Of a stretch of 64,000 bases of DNA, positions 48,806 to 58,197 are shown piece by piece (positions within the stretch are counted from its first letter, which is position 1; every line of letters starts with the position of its first letter). Made by a program: the position numbers and the translations under genes. A model generated the notes under the pieces. The model was given only the letters and a program-made list of their open reading frames with translations, was not told the origin of the DNA and made no database searches. The DNA comes from Armatimonadota bacterium. Its GTDB lineage: Bacteria; Armatimonadota; SYMT01. The DNA lies in NCBI GenBank assembly GCA_041690135.1, contig JAWLHY010000001.1, forward strand, positions 384,001-448,000, given 5' to 3'.

Positions 48806-49351
48806 CTATTTCTTCGGGATGCCGAGGGCTTCCAGCTTGGCCGCCAGGTCTTTGCCATGGTTGGCCGGCTTGACCGCCTTATCGATGTCGCGGATGATGC
48901 CTTTTTCGTCGATGATGAAAGTCCACCGGTTGGCGAAGCCGCGCTCGGGATTGAGCACGCCCAGCGCCTTAGCGAAGGACTTTTCCGGATCGCTGAGGAG
49001 CGGGAAGTTGTATTTTCCCTTCTCCGCGAACTGCTTGTTGAGGTCGACCGGGTCGGTGCTGGCACCGAAGTACTGGGCTTTGAACTTGGTAAGTGCGCTC
49101 ATCTCATCACGGAGTGAGTTACATTCGGCCGTTCACCCACCGGTCAGGGCTTTGGGGTACCACGCGATCACGACCGCTGACTTGCCCAGGAACTGCCCGA
49201 GGGTATAGACCTTTCCGTCCGTTCCCTCGAGTTTGAAGTCGGGAGCCTTGTCGCCCACCTTGGGCGCCGGGGCTTCCTGTCCCTGGACCGGCGTCGGACC
49301 GCCAAAGGCCATGAGCGCGACCAACGCGCCGAGGCCGAGCAGCCACTTCAT
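48806..49351 (-). CDS. Exported BCP/PrxQ-type peroxiredoxin, probable selenoprotein (TGA 49133-49135 at the peroxidatic Cys position)
   Basis: ORFs 49133-49351 and 48806-49102 are in frame: YPKALTGG-U-TAEC matches PxxxTxxC; downstream FPLLSD and RWTFIIDEKG; signal peptide. Confidence 0.88.
49103..49118 (-). promoter_or_regulatory. Candidate bacterial SECIS hairpin
   Basis: CTCA(C)TC-CGT-GATGAG on the - strand, +15 to +30 after the TGA, GU in the apical loop. Confidence 0.5.
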
Positions 49352-49530
49352 CGAACGCCTCCCTGGCTATTCGGTTGGCACCGGCACGAGCGCCGGTGCC
49401 TCCATGCTTTTCCGCGCGAGGGGCGCCGGCCCCTCCACATGGGTTTACGAAAAGAGGGTGTGACCCGTCATCCGAGGCGGGCATATTACGATACCCGCCG
49501 CTGCTTGTCTGCCGGAGTTAGCTGTTAGCC

Positions 49531-49869
49531 ATGTCCTTTTCCAACTCGAATTACCGCCCGACCACTTCGCTCGTTCGGCGACCGGATGAAGCGGACCTGA
49601 CCCCTCTGTTCATTCCCCGGCTCTCGGAACTTCGCGAGTTGCTCTCCGCCCAGGAGCGGATCGCGGATCGGATCGTGCGCGCCCGGAGGATCTTCTGGGC
49701 AGCGGCTTACGTCGTCGGCTTCGGCAGCGGACTGTTCGTGACGCACCTGATCCAGCGAGGCCGGGCCGTACCCGAAGCTCGGGCCAGCGCTCCCGGAGTG
49801 AAGGAGCGCAAACCCAAGGTTGCCTCCGTGGAAACACCTGTGGTGACGATCCGGGAGGTCGAAAGGTAA
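49531..49869 (+). CDS. Hypothetical single-TM protein
   Basis: One hydrophobic helix IFWAAAYVVGFGSGLFV; GGAG upstream. Confidence 0.55.
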   Translation: MSFSNSNYRPTTSLVRRPDEADLTPLFIPRLSELRELLSAQERIADRIVRARRIFWAAAYVVGFGSGLFVTHLIQRGRAVPEARASAPGVKERKPKVASVETPVVTIREVER

Positions 49870-49874
49870 ACCTC

Positions 49875-50255
49875 AGCCCCGGCGCGAGCCCGGGATTCGC
49901 CCCGGCCCAGAACGGCCGGGCTCTGGAACAGCACGCTGCCCACACCCCGTCGGGGCGCAAGCCTCCGTGGGCGCTCGCATTAGGTCCAAAACGGCGGTGG
50001 AGAACCCAGACTGGGCGTGGGACGCCCCGGCCCTGAACGGCCAGGCTCTGGAAAAGCACGCTGCCCACCTTCGTGGGCGCCCGGTTGAGAGACAAGGCGG
50101 CGGAGGAGGGTAAACCAGGCAATGTTACTGAACCGTATCCCGCTCTGCCGCTAAACGGGCAGGTTCTGGAAGAGCACAATGCCCGCACCCCCGCGGGGGT
50201 GCGGGCATTGTGCAGTACTGGAGCGCGGGGGTTCAGCCCCGCGCGGGCAGGCGCG
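49875..50255. repeat. Three degenerate ~120-bp units of a REP-like element
   Basis: G(C/T)TCTGGAAnAGCACnnTGCCC(A/G)C at 49920, 50045 and 50163. Confidence 0.65.
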
Positions 50256-50260
50256 CAAGG

Positions 50261-51631
50261 TCATCCATCCAGCGCCGTTGCCGCCATGACCTCACGGGGA
50301 TCTTCGGCCTCGAGGCGCCACACCCGTTCGGCGAGTTGGGCGGCGCGTGCCTCGCCCAGGCGAGGAACCGCCATGCTCCGGTATTTTGCCAGCACTTCTT
50401 CGTCGGTCATCGGGTTGCGGGCGTGGCCGCGAGGGTAGGTGACCTCCCGCGTGTGGGTGTTGCCGTGCCAGAGAGCGATCTCCAGGCGGTTTGGGATACC
50501 GTCCGGATAGATCGCCGTAAGTCCCGCGTCCCGGTGGATGCTGATCTTCTGCATCAACTCCTGGACGTCGCGGCGCGCGATTCTCTCGTCGCTGAACTGT
50601 TCCAGTCCCACCATTCCATCCAGGAGTGCCACCGCCACGCAGTAAGGCATGCTGTGGTCGGCCGTCTCGCGGGTGGTGGGGTGCCACTTCTCGGGCTCGC
50701 TCCCGATGATCTCCACGGCGGCGTCGAAGCTGTGGATTTCGATTTTGCGGATGTCGCCCGTGCCGCCGTCCGGGTCGATCACCTGGTCCCGCATGGAGAG
50801 GGCCGCATCGATGGCGCTCTGGGAGTGGTATTCCGCCGGCCAGAACTTGATGGAAGTTTCCCCGATCATCGACGGCGGACCCCATTCCTCGAGCTCCAGG
50901 TTGAAGGACCCGGAAACCTGGTGGAAGAACCCCATGGGTCCTTCGAAGATCTCGTTGGGACCGGTCATCCCGAGAGAGGCGAGCCAGGCCGCGAAAACGC
51001 CGTTCCGCGCCGCGTTCGCGAAAGCGCAGCCCTTCCAGTGGGAGAGCTGCCCGACGCGCGTCTGGCGCATCGCCGCCGAGTTCACCCCGGCGAGGTTGAC
51101 CGCCTGCTCCAACTCGTGGGCCTTCAGCCCCATCAGGCGGCCCGCCGCGAGGGCCGTGGAGAAGCAGCCGTAGGTGACGTGGTCCCACCGTCGCGCGCGG
51201 ATGCTGGCGGCGTCGCAGAGGCGGCACTGGATTTCGTAGGCGAGGGCAATCGCCGCAATCAGGTCCCGCCCGCTCGCCCCCACACTTTCCGCGACCGCGA
51301 AGCAGGCCGGGATGTTGTCGCTGGGGTGCGCCGGCTCCAGCGAGAGGTAGGTATCGTTATAGTCCAGGTAGCGCACCAGGGCGCCGTTCGCGAAGGCGGC
51401 CAATTGCGGCACGGCGCTGTGGCGCACCCCCAGCACCCCCGCGCCCGGCCGCGCCTCGGCGCCGAGCGCCACCTTGCGGACGATCTGCCCGACCTCGGAG
51501 TCGTAAGCGCCATACGCGCACCCGAAAGAGTCGATGATGCGGCGCTTCACCTCATGCACCACCGCGGGTGCCAGGTCTTCGTAACGGACGGATGCGGCGT
51601 ACTCCGCCAGGCGTCGGGCCAGGGTGTTCAT
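50261..51631 (-). CDS. prpD: MmgE/PrpD family 2-methylcitrate dehydratase
   Basis: RYLDYNDT, HPSDNI, WKGCA, KFWPAEYHSQS, ETADHSMPY; GGAGG RBS. Confidence 0.9.
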   Translation of the reverse strand: MNTLARRLAEYAASVRYEDLAPAVVHEVKRRIIDSFGCAYGAYDSEVGQIVRKVALGAEARPGAGVLGVRHSAVPQLAAFANGALVRYLDYNDTYLSLEPAHPSDNIPACFAVAESVGASGRDLIAAIALAYEIQCRLCDAASIRARRWDHVTYGCFSTALAAGRLMGLKAHELEQAVNLAGVNSAAMRQTRVGQLSHWKGCAFANAARNGVFAAWLASLGMTGPNEIFEGPMGFFHQVSGSFNLELEEWGPPSMIGETSIKFWPAEYHSQSAIDAALSMRDQVIDPDGGTGDIRKIEIHSFDAAVEIIGSEPEKWHPTTRETADHSMPYCVAVALLDGMVGLEQFSDERIARRDVQELMQKISIHRDAGLTAIYPDGIPNRLEIALWHGNTHTREVTYPRGHARNPMTDEEVLAKYRSMAVPRLGEARAAQLAERVWRLEAEDPREVMAATALDG

Positions 51632-52063
51632 GCTGCCTCCTCTCACCCTATAGACTACCCCGGATACGGCTCCCTCCGCATGTCTCCAGGAAGGGAACCG
51701 AATTAACCGCAGAGACGCAGAGTGCGCAGAGGACACGCAGAGGAGAATGAGAAGGAGAAGGTGGGCGAGCCGCTGGATTCGAGATGGGAGTTCATGGTTA
51801 ATGGAAATGGGCAGGGTGATGGAGCGGGTCCGTGACAATCGTATTCGCGGTGTGCAAGCAGGTTCCCCCAGGATTGGGGGGTAGGGGGCCGAAAGGGCCG
51901 AAGTCCGTACATGCCAAGGGAAGAAACGAGCGAGTTCTGCCCCGGCCATCCTTATACTAATCCTGGTCCTCGTCCTAATCCGCGAAGCCCAAGTTGTGGC
52001 CAGAACATTCATTATCCTTATCTTTATCCGTACGATCCTAATCCGCGAAGCCCAGGGGAATGT

Positions 52064-53242
52064 ATGCTATCAAAGCGAATGGGGCGGGTGACCGCCTCGG
52101 CCATTATGGAGTTGATCAAAACGACGGCGGCGGGCGACTACATCTCCTTCGCCAGCGGCCTTCCGGACCCCGCCCTTTACCCGGTGGAGCGCCTGCGGGA
52201 GCTGACGGACGAGGTGCTGAGCACCGACGGCCGCGCGGCCCTGCAGTATGGCCCGGCCGAGGGGTACGCCCCCCTTCGCGCCTTCGTGGCGGAGATGCTG
52301 ACCCGGCGCGGTCTTCCTTCGACCCCGGAGGAGATCCTCATCACTAGCGGGTCCCAACAGGGACTGGATCTGGCGGCACGCGCGCTGCTCGATTCCGGCG
52401 ACCGGGTGGTGCTGGAGAGCCCCTCGTACCTGGCCGCCATCCAGGTCTTCGACACGCTGGAAGCCGAGTACCGGACGATCCCGCTCGATGCTGACGGGAT
52501 GGTCACCGAGGCGCTGCCGCGGGCCCTGGCCGACCGACCGAAGCTGGTCTACACGCTGCCGAACTTTCAGAACCCCACCGGCCTCACCATGACCCGGGAG
52601 CGCCGGCAGGACCTGGCGGAAGCGGCCGCCGCAGCCGGCGTGGCGGTGATCGAAGACGACGCCTACCACGATCTCCGCTTCGAAGGCGAGGCCCTGCCCC
52701 CGGTGTGCGCCCTGGCGGCGAACCCGTGGACCGTCTATACGGGAACGTTCAGCAAAACGGTCGCGCCCGGCCTGCGGGTCGGCTACCTCCGCGCTCCCGC
52801 CGCGTTGGTGGAGCGCCTGGCACAGCTCAAACAGGTCACCGATCTGCACACCGGGTCGCTCACACAGCGGGTGGTCTACCGCTACTGCGAGCGGGGCTAC
52901 CTGGAGCCGGGGATCCGGGCCTTCTGCGACAGCTATCGCGAGCGCCGGGACGTACTCCTGGGGGCGCTCGAAGCTCACTTCCCGTCATCCGTCTCCTGGA
53001 CTCGGCCTCGAGGCGGGATGTTCGTGTTCGTTACGCTTCCGGAGGGGCGGGATGCCACGGAGCTTCTCCGCCGGTCGATGGAGCAGGGTGTGGTGTTCGT
53101 GCCGGGGGCCAGCTTCTTCCCGGATGCAGCGGAGGGGAAAGGCGCCAATACCTTCCGACTGAACTTCGTGAGCGCGAGTGGGGAACGCATCCGCGAGGGG
53201 GTGCGCATCCTGGGGGAGGTGATCCGCACGTGGACCGCATGA
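52064..53242 (+). CDS. PLP-dependent class I/II aminotransferase (2-aminoadipate transaminase LysN-like)
   Basis: ISFASGLPDP, GSQQGL, PNFQNPTG, EDDAY, TFSKTVAPGLRVG. Confidence 0.92.
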   Translation: MLSKRMGRVTASAIMELIKTTAAGDYISFASGLPDPALYPVERLRELTDEVLSTDGRAALQYGPAEGYAPLRAFVAEMLTRRGLPSTPEEILITSGSQQGLDLAARALLDSGDRVVLESPSYLAAIQVFDTLEAEYRTIPLDADGMVTEALPRALADRPKLVYTLPNFQNPTGLTMTRERRQDLAEAAAAAGVAVIEDDAYHDLRFEGEALPPVCALAANPWTVYTGTFSKTVAPGLRVGYLRAPAALVERLAQLKQVTDLHTGSLTQRVVYRYCERGYLEPGIRAFCDSYRERRDVLLGALEAHFPSSVSWTRPRGGMFVFVTLPEGRDATELLRRSMEQGVVFVPGASFFPDAAEGKGANTFRLNFVSASGERIREGVRILGEVIRTWTA

Positions 53243-54207
53243 TTCTGGAGGGGATTTCCGGCGTGGCGCGGTCGGCGGTGGAAACCATCGGCCAGACGCC
53301 CCTGGTCGCGCTGGAGCGGCTGTGCGAGGGGCTTCCCGGCGTGGTCCTGGCTAAGCTCGAAAGCTTCAGCCCCGGCGGCAGCGTGAAGGACCGGGTCGCG
53401 CGCCGGATGGTCGAAGAGGCGGAGCGGACCGGCCGTCTCCGTCCCGGCGGCGCCATCGTCGAGTTGACCAGCGGCAATACCGGCATCGGCCTCGCCATTG
53501 TGGCGGCGGTGAAAGGCTACCGGTTCTATGCGGTGATGTCCGAGGGCAACAGCATCGAGCGCCGGCGCATCCTGCAGGCGTTCGGAGCGGAGGTGGTGCT
53601 GGTCCCCCAGGCCCCCGGCGGCGTCCCCGGCCAGGTGAGCGGCGAGGACCTGGCTCTCGTCGAGCAACGCGCCGCGGAGTTAACCGCGGAGCTCAACGCC
53701 TTCCGTCCCGACCAGTTCGGCAACCTCTCGAACGTGGAGGTGCACACCCGGACCACCGGTCCCGAAATCTGGGAGCAGAGCGGCGGCTGGGTCGACTACT
53801 GGGTCGCCTCCATCGGCACCGCCGGCACGTTCACCGGCGTAGCCCGCGCGCTGAAGGAGCGGAACTCCGAGGTCCGGTGCTATGCCGCCGAACCAGCCGG
53901 CGCCGCGGTCCTGGCGGGTCGGGAAGTCACCAACACCGCCCATAAGATCCAGGGGACCGGTTACAACATGCTCCCGCCCCTCTGGGACCCCACCCTTTGC
54001 GACGGCTTCATCTCCGTGACCGACGAGGACGCGGTCCGCACTGCCCAGCAACTGGCCGCGCGCGAAGGCATCCTCGGCGGCTTCTCCAGCGGCGCCAATG
54101 TCTGGGCCGCCCTGCAACTTGCCAGGGAAGTGCGTCCCGGACAGCTCATCGCCACCGTTTGCCCGGACACCGGGCTGAAGTACCTGTCCACGGATCTGTT
54201 CGGGTAG
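53239..54207 (+). CDS. cysK: Cysteine synthase family PLP enzyme
   Basis: IGQTPLV, PGGSVKDR, TSGNTG, HKIQG, DTGLKYLS; ATGA overlap with the aminotransferase. Confidence 0.88.
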   Translation: MILEGISGVARSAVETIGQTPLVALERLCEGLPGVVLAKLESFSPGGSVKDRVARRMVEEAERTGRLRPGGAIVELTSGNTGIGLAIVAAVKGYRFYAVMSEGNSIERRRILQAFGAEVVLVPQAPGGVPGQVSGEDLALVEQRAAELTAELNAFRPDQFGNLSNVEVHTRTTGPEIWEQSGGWVDYWVASIGTAGTFTGVARALKERNSEVRCYAAEPAGAAVLAGREVTNTAHKIQGTGYNMLPPLWDPTLCDGFISVTDEDAVRTAQQLAAREGILGGFSSGANVWAALQLAREVRPGQLIATVCPDTGLKYLSTDLFG

Positions 54208-54486
54208 GGCATTCAGGCTTTCAGGCGGTGAGGCAGGTGATTCGCGAATTGGACGAATGGAGCGAATGGCGATGGAGCGGGTGGTCAGGTGTTCGGGAGT
54301 TCAGGCAACAGGCCCCGGTCGTCATCGCGGACGTCCCCGCGCGCAGATCCGGTACGGTTCCCCGAACGTCCGGAGGACGTCTAACCAGCGAGGGATTTCC
54401 AATCCCTCGCTTCCCCTTGCTCGTCCGAGGCGTTTCCAATTCCTCGAAGGCCCCCGGACACGCCCCTCCTTATCCTCATCTTCATC

Positions 54487-55764
54487 CTAATCCGTCTCGG
54501 CGGGGGGTATCGGCTTGCCCTGGGGATCCCGCTCGGGATGGCGGACGGCGGCATCAATGGCGGCGGTGACGGCGGGGGGGATGTGGTGTTCCACGCGGTC
54601 GGCGGCGGCGTGGAGGTGATCGTCGGGGTAGCCCAGTTCGCTCAGGTGCGTCTCGTAGAGGCGGTGGCGGCGGAGGAACTCCGTGGCGCGGGCGAGACCG
54701 GTGGGGGTGAGAACGAACCCGTCGCCGGAGCGGGCGAGCATCCCGAACCGCTCCAGACGGCGCGCGACGTTGGTGGCCTCGGTGGGGAGCCAGCCCTGGC
54801 CGCTGCTAATGTCGCGAGCGGAGAAGGGACCATCGGCTGCGACTTCCCGTCGCCGGACGGCCCAGAGGAGCAGGTCCTCTTCCGCCACCCGCTTGCGGAG
54901 GCGCTGCCGGGCGAGGGTGCGGATCAGCACACCGTGGCTGGGGGAGAAGAAGAACGCCGCGGCGAAGAGCACCCCGCACACGGCGGCCATGGCGCCGGCG
55001 ATGGAGCAGTCCAGCCGCTGCGCGATGAAGTAGCCGAAGACGGACGAGAGGATGCCGACGCCAATGGCGATACCCAGCATCCGCTCCAGGCGGTCGGTAA
55101 GCAGGTAGGCGGTAGCGCCGGGGACGATCAGCATCGCCACCACGAGGATGGCGCCCACGCTCTCGAAGGCACCCACGGTGGTGACGGAGACCAACCCCAT
55201 CAACAGGTAGTGCATCACCGGGACGTTGATGCCGACGGCGGCGGCCATCGCCGGGTCGAAGGAGCAGAGCTTCAGCTCTTTGTAGAGCATCCCAACCACG
55301 AGCAGGTTGAGGAGGGCGAGCCCACCGTTCACCCACACCGCTCGCGGCCCCAGTTCCACCATGCCGACCTTCAGGATATCGAAGGGCGTGTAGAGGATCT
55401 CCCCGTAGAGCACGCACTCCAGGTCGAGGTCCACGTCCCCGGCGAAGAGGGAGACGAGAACCACCCCAAGCGCGAAGAGGGAGGTGAAGGTCACGCCGAT
55501 CGCTGCATCTCCCTGCACGCCGCCCTGAGCGAGAGACTGGACGAAGAACGTGGTGAGCAGCCCCACGATCACGGCGCCCACGAACAACGGCAGCACCGCC
55601 CGGCTACTGGTGGCGAGGAACGCGCCCACGATGCCGAGCAGCAGGGCGTGGCTCAGCGCGTCCCCCAGCATCGCCAGCCGCCGGAGCACCAGAAAGCACC
55701 CCAGGAAGCCGCAAGAAGCGGCAACCAGGCAGCCCGTGAGTATGATCCATCCTCCGGCAGTCAT
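54487..55764 (-). CDS. Mn/Zn/Fe ABC permease (TroD/MntD-like) fused to a C-terminal DtxR-like domain
   Basis: GDALSHALL ABC-3 motif; HRLYETHL...ADRVEH...DPQGKPIP. Confidence 0.92.
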   Translation of the reverse strand: MTAGGWIILTGCLVAASCGFLGCFLVLRRLAMLGDALSHALLLGIVGAFLATSSRAVLPLFVGAVIVGLLTTFFVQSLAQGGVQGDAAIGVTFTSLFALGVVLVSLFAGDVDLDLECVLYGEILYTPFDILKVGMVELGPRAVWVNGGLALLNLLVVGMLYKELKLCSFDPAMAAAVGINVPVMHYLLMGLVSVTTVGAFESVGAILVVAMLIVPGATAYLLTDRLERMLGIAIGVGILSSVFGYFIAQRLDCSIAGAMAAVCGVLFAAAFFFSPSHGVLIRTLARQRLRKRVAEEDLLLWAVRRREVAADGPFSARDISSGQGWLPTEATNVARRLERFGMLARSGDGFVLTPTGLARATEFLRRHRLYETHLSELGYPDDHLHAAADRVEHHIPPAVTAAIDAAVRHPERDPQGKPIPPAETD

Positions 55765-55879
55765 TCCGTTTCACTCATTCTGTAGTGGGTGGAGAAGCAC
55801 ACCGGTAGGGAAGTAGGGAGGTTTGTTGGTATGGAAGTGCGGCCGAAGGGTGGTACGGAGCCGGCCGGTAGATCCGCTG

Positions 55880-55950
55880 CCGCCACACTCCCACACTCCC
55901 ACCCCCCCCCACACCCCCATACTCCCACACCCCCATACTCCCACACCCCC
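55880..55950. repeat. Short tandem 8-mer repeat (CCCA(C/T)AC(T/C))n
   Basis: ccacactcccacactccc...cccccatactcccacacccccatactcccacaccccca; similar tracts at ~1020-1110 and 47234-47259. Confidence 0.7.
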
Positions 55951-55951
55951 A

Positions 55952-57247
55952 TCACCGCGTCGGATGCACGCTCGGCGGCAGCTCCAACGTGCGGCCGTGG
56001 AGCTGCAGCAGCCGCTCCAGCTCGTCGATCAGCTCGCGGGGGAGGTGATGCTCCACGAAGTCCGCGTCGCGGTCCACATGGTCCGCGCCGAGTTGCCCCT
56101 CGTGCATCAGGAACATCTCCCATAACCGGTGCTTGCGGACGATCTCGTATGCCGCTTCCCGGCCGGCTTCCGTAAGCCGGTGCCCTCCCTCGGCGGCGGC
56201 GACCAGCCCTTCTCGCTGCAGGCGCTGCATCAGTGTGGTGACGGTACCGCCGGACCACGAACGGTGGCGCAGCAGCTCCTCCGCGGTGATGATCACCTCC
56301 CACGAGCCGGCCGCCTCGGCAATCTCGTAGATGGAGCGAAGGGCGTTCTCCCGGCCGACCTGGGAGCGCAGCGCCACGAGCCGCAGCAGCTTGCCGAGCA
56401 GCCCCCGGCGCGGGGCCAGGATCAGGGAGATCAGGAAGAAGACGGTGGCCGCCAGCACGATCAGGGGTCCCGTCGGCATGCGCGGGGCCACGGTGCTGAG
56501 CAGGGTGCCGAGCGCGCCGGAGAGGCCGCCGAAAACGCCCGCCAGGATCACCATCACGTTGAGGCGGTCGGTCCAGAACCGCGCGGCGGCGGTGGGCGTG
56601 ATGAGCATGGCGGCCATCAGCACCACCCCCACGGCCTGGAGACCAATCACCACGGCGAGGGAGATCAGCAGCATCAGCAGACCATCGAGGAGGGTGGTGG
56701 GGAAGCCGAGACCCCGCGCGAAGTCGGCGTCGAAGCAAAGGAGCTTGAACTCCTTGAACAGGGCCAGGGAGGCGAGGCAGACGACCGCCGCGCAAACCGC
56801 CATCACCTGCACGTCTCGCCCGATGAGCGAGGCAGCCTGCCCGAACACGAACTTGTCCAGGCCCGCCTGGCTGCTCTGCTGCGAGTGCTGAATGAGGGTG
56901 AGCAGCACGATCCCGAAGCCGAAGAAGACGGAGAGGACGATGCCGAGGGCGGCATCCTCTTTGATGCGTGAATAGCGGGTGATCCCCTGGATGCAGGCGG
57001 CGCCGATCAGTCCGGCAATGAGAGCCCCGGTGAGGAGCACGCCGAGCGCCCGGTTCCCCGTGAGCAGGAAGGCCACGCAAACACCCGGGAGCGCGGCATG
57101 CGCCAGCGCGTCGCCCATCAGGCTGCGGCGCCGCAGCAGCGCGAAACTGCCGAGCACTCCGCCACTGATGCCCAGCAGCACGCAGCCGGTCAGCACCCAG
57201 CGGGTGTTGACGTCCGCGACCCACTGCATCAGCCACTCACCGTTCAT
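55952..57247 (-). CDS. Mn/Zn/Fe ABC permease (TroC/MntC-like) fused to a C-terminal DtxR-like domain
   Basis: GDALAHAALPG; HRLWEMFL...DADFVEH; ATGA overlap with the ATPase. Confidence 0.92.
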   Translation of the reverse strand: MNGEWLMQWVADVNTRWVLTGCVLLGISGGVLGSFALLRRRSLMGDALAHAALPGVCVAFLLTGNRALGVLLTGALIAGLIGAACIQGITRYSRIKEDAALGIVLSVFFGFGIVLLTLIQHSQQSSQAGLDKFVFGQAASLIGRDVQVMAVCAAVVCLASLALFKEFKLLCFDADFARGLGFPTTLLDGLLMLLISLAVVIGLQAVGVVLMAAMLITPTAAARFWTDRLNVMVILAGVFGGLSGALGTLLSTVAPRMPTGPLIVLAATVFFLISLILAPRRGLLGKLLRLVALRSQVGRENALRSIYEIAEAAGSWEVIITAEELLRHRSWSGGTVTTLMQRLQREGLVAAAEGGHRLTEAGREAAYEIVRKHRLWEMFLMHEGQLGADHVDRDADFVEHHLPRELIDELERLLQLHGRTLELPPSVHPTR

Positions 57248-58059
57248 GGCCTTCTCCCCGGCAGGTCCCGGCTGACGGCCTCGGCGACCTCGCTCACGAT
57301 GTTCAGGCGGCCGCCGTAGGTCTTGTTCAGGTTCTCGCGGGTGAAGACTTCGGCGGTTGGGCCGACGGCGATCTGCCGCATGTTGAGCATGATCACCCAG
57401 TCGAAGTACTCCGGTACCGTCTGCAGGTCGTGGTGGACCACCAGCACCGTGCGGCGCTGGGACTTGAGCTCCTGCAGCAGCGTGATGATCGCCTTCTCCG
57501 TGGCGGCATCCACCCCCGCGAACGGCTCGTCCATGAAGTAGAGGCGGGCGTCCTGGGCCAGGGCGCGCGCCAGGAAAACGCGCTGCTGCTGGCCGCCGGA
57601 AAGCTGGCTGATCTGCCGGCCGGCGTAGTCCGCCATGCCGACCTTTTTGAGGCAGTCCATCGCGATGTCGCGGTCGCCCCGGCCCGGTCGCTTGAACCAA
57701 CCCAGGTGGCCGTAGCGACCCATCATCACCACGTCGAGGGCGTCGGTGGGGAAGTCCCAATCGACCGACTCCCGCTGCGGAACGTAGCCGATCAACTTCC
57801 GCTGGCGCTGGTACGGCTGGCCGTAGATCTTCACCCAACCCGAGGCGAGCGGGACGAGACCCAGGGCCGCCTTGATCAGCGTCGATTTCCCGGCCCCGTT
57901 CGGCCCGACGATCCCGATCAACTGCCCTTCCGGAACCGAGAAGTCGATATCCCAGAGCACCGGGCGCCGCTGGTAGGCCACGGTGAGGTCGTGGACCTCC
58001 AGGGGCGGAGCAGTTTCGGATGCGACTTTTTTCACCACGGCGTCATGCTGTGCGAGCAT
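57244..58059 (-). CDS. Metal ABC transporter ATP-binding protein (TroB/MntB-like)
   Basis: GPNGAGKS, LSGGQQQR, MDEPFAGVD, VHHDL. Confidence 0.95.
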   Translation of the reverse strand: MLAQHDAVVKKVASETAPPLEVHDLTVAYQRRPVLWDIDFSVPEGQLIGIVGPNGAGKSTLIKAALGLVPLASGWVKIYGQPYQRQRKLIGYVPQRESVDWDFPTDALDVVMMGRYGHLGWFKRPGRGDRDIAMDCLKKVGMADYAGRQISQLSGGQQQRVFLARALAQDARLYFMDEPFAGVDAATEKAIITLLQELKSQRRTVLVVHHDLQTVPEYFDWVIMLNMRQIAVGPTAEVFTRENLNKTYGGRLNIVSEVAEAVSRDLPGRRP

Positions 58060-58085
58060 GCCTGACCTTTGAACTTCCATAAGGA

Positions 58086-58170
58086 GCGCAGTGCAACTGC
58101 GCACGAATGTTGGTCCTGCAGTGCAACTGCAGGACATCGGGGCGAGCGCGCAGTGCAACTGCAGGACATC
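58086..58170. repeat. Three palindromic GCAGTGCAACTGC hairpins between the binding-protein and ATPase genes
   Basis: Exact 13-mer at 58088, 58118 and 58150. Confidence 0.8.
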
Positions 58171-58197
58171 CAACTGCGGCTGACCAACAGCCTCGGA

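Noticed and set aside
48806-49351. Peroxiredoxin as a pseudogene or as two genes
   Set aside because: The single stop falls exactly on the catalytic Cys codon with an intact frame and a downstream hairpin, so selenocysteine is the more parsimonious reading
51632-52063. N-terminal extensions of prpD (to 52012) and the aminotransferase (from 51911)
   Set aside because: They translate intergenic ATCCT-type hexamer and CGCAGAG repeats; homology starts at 51631 and 52064
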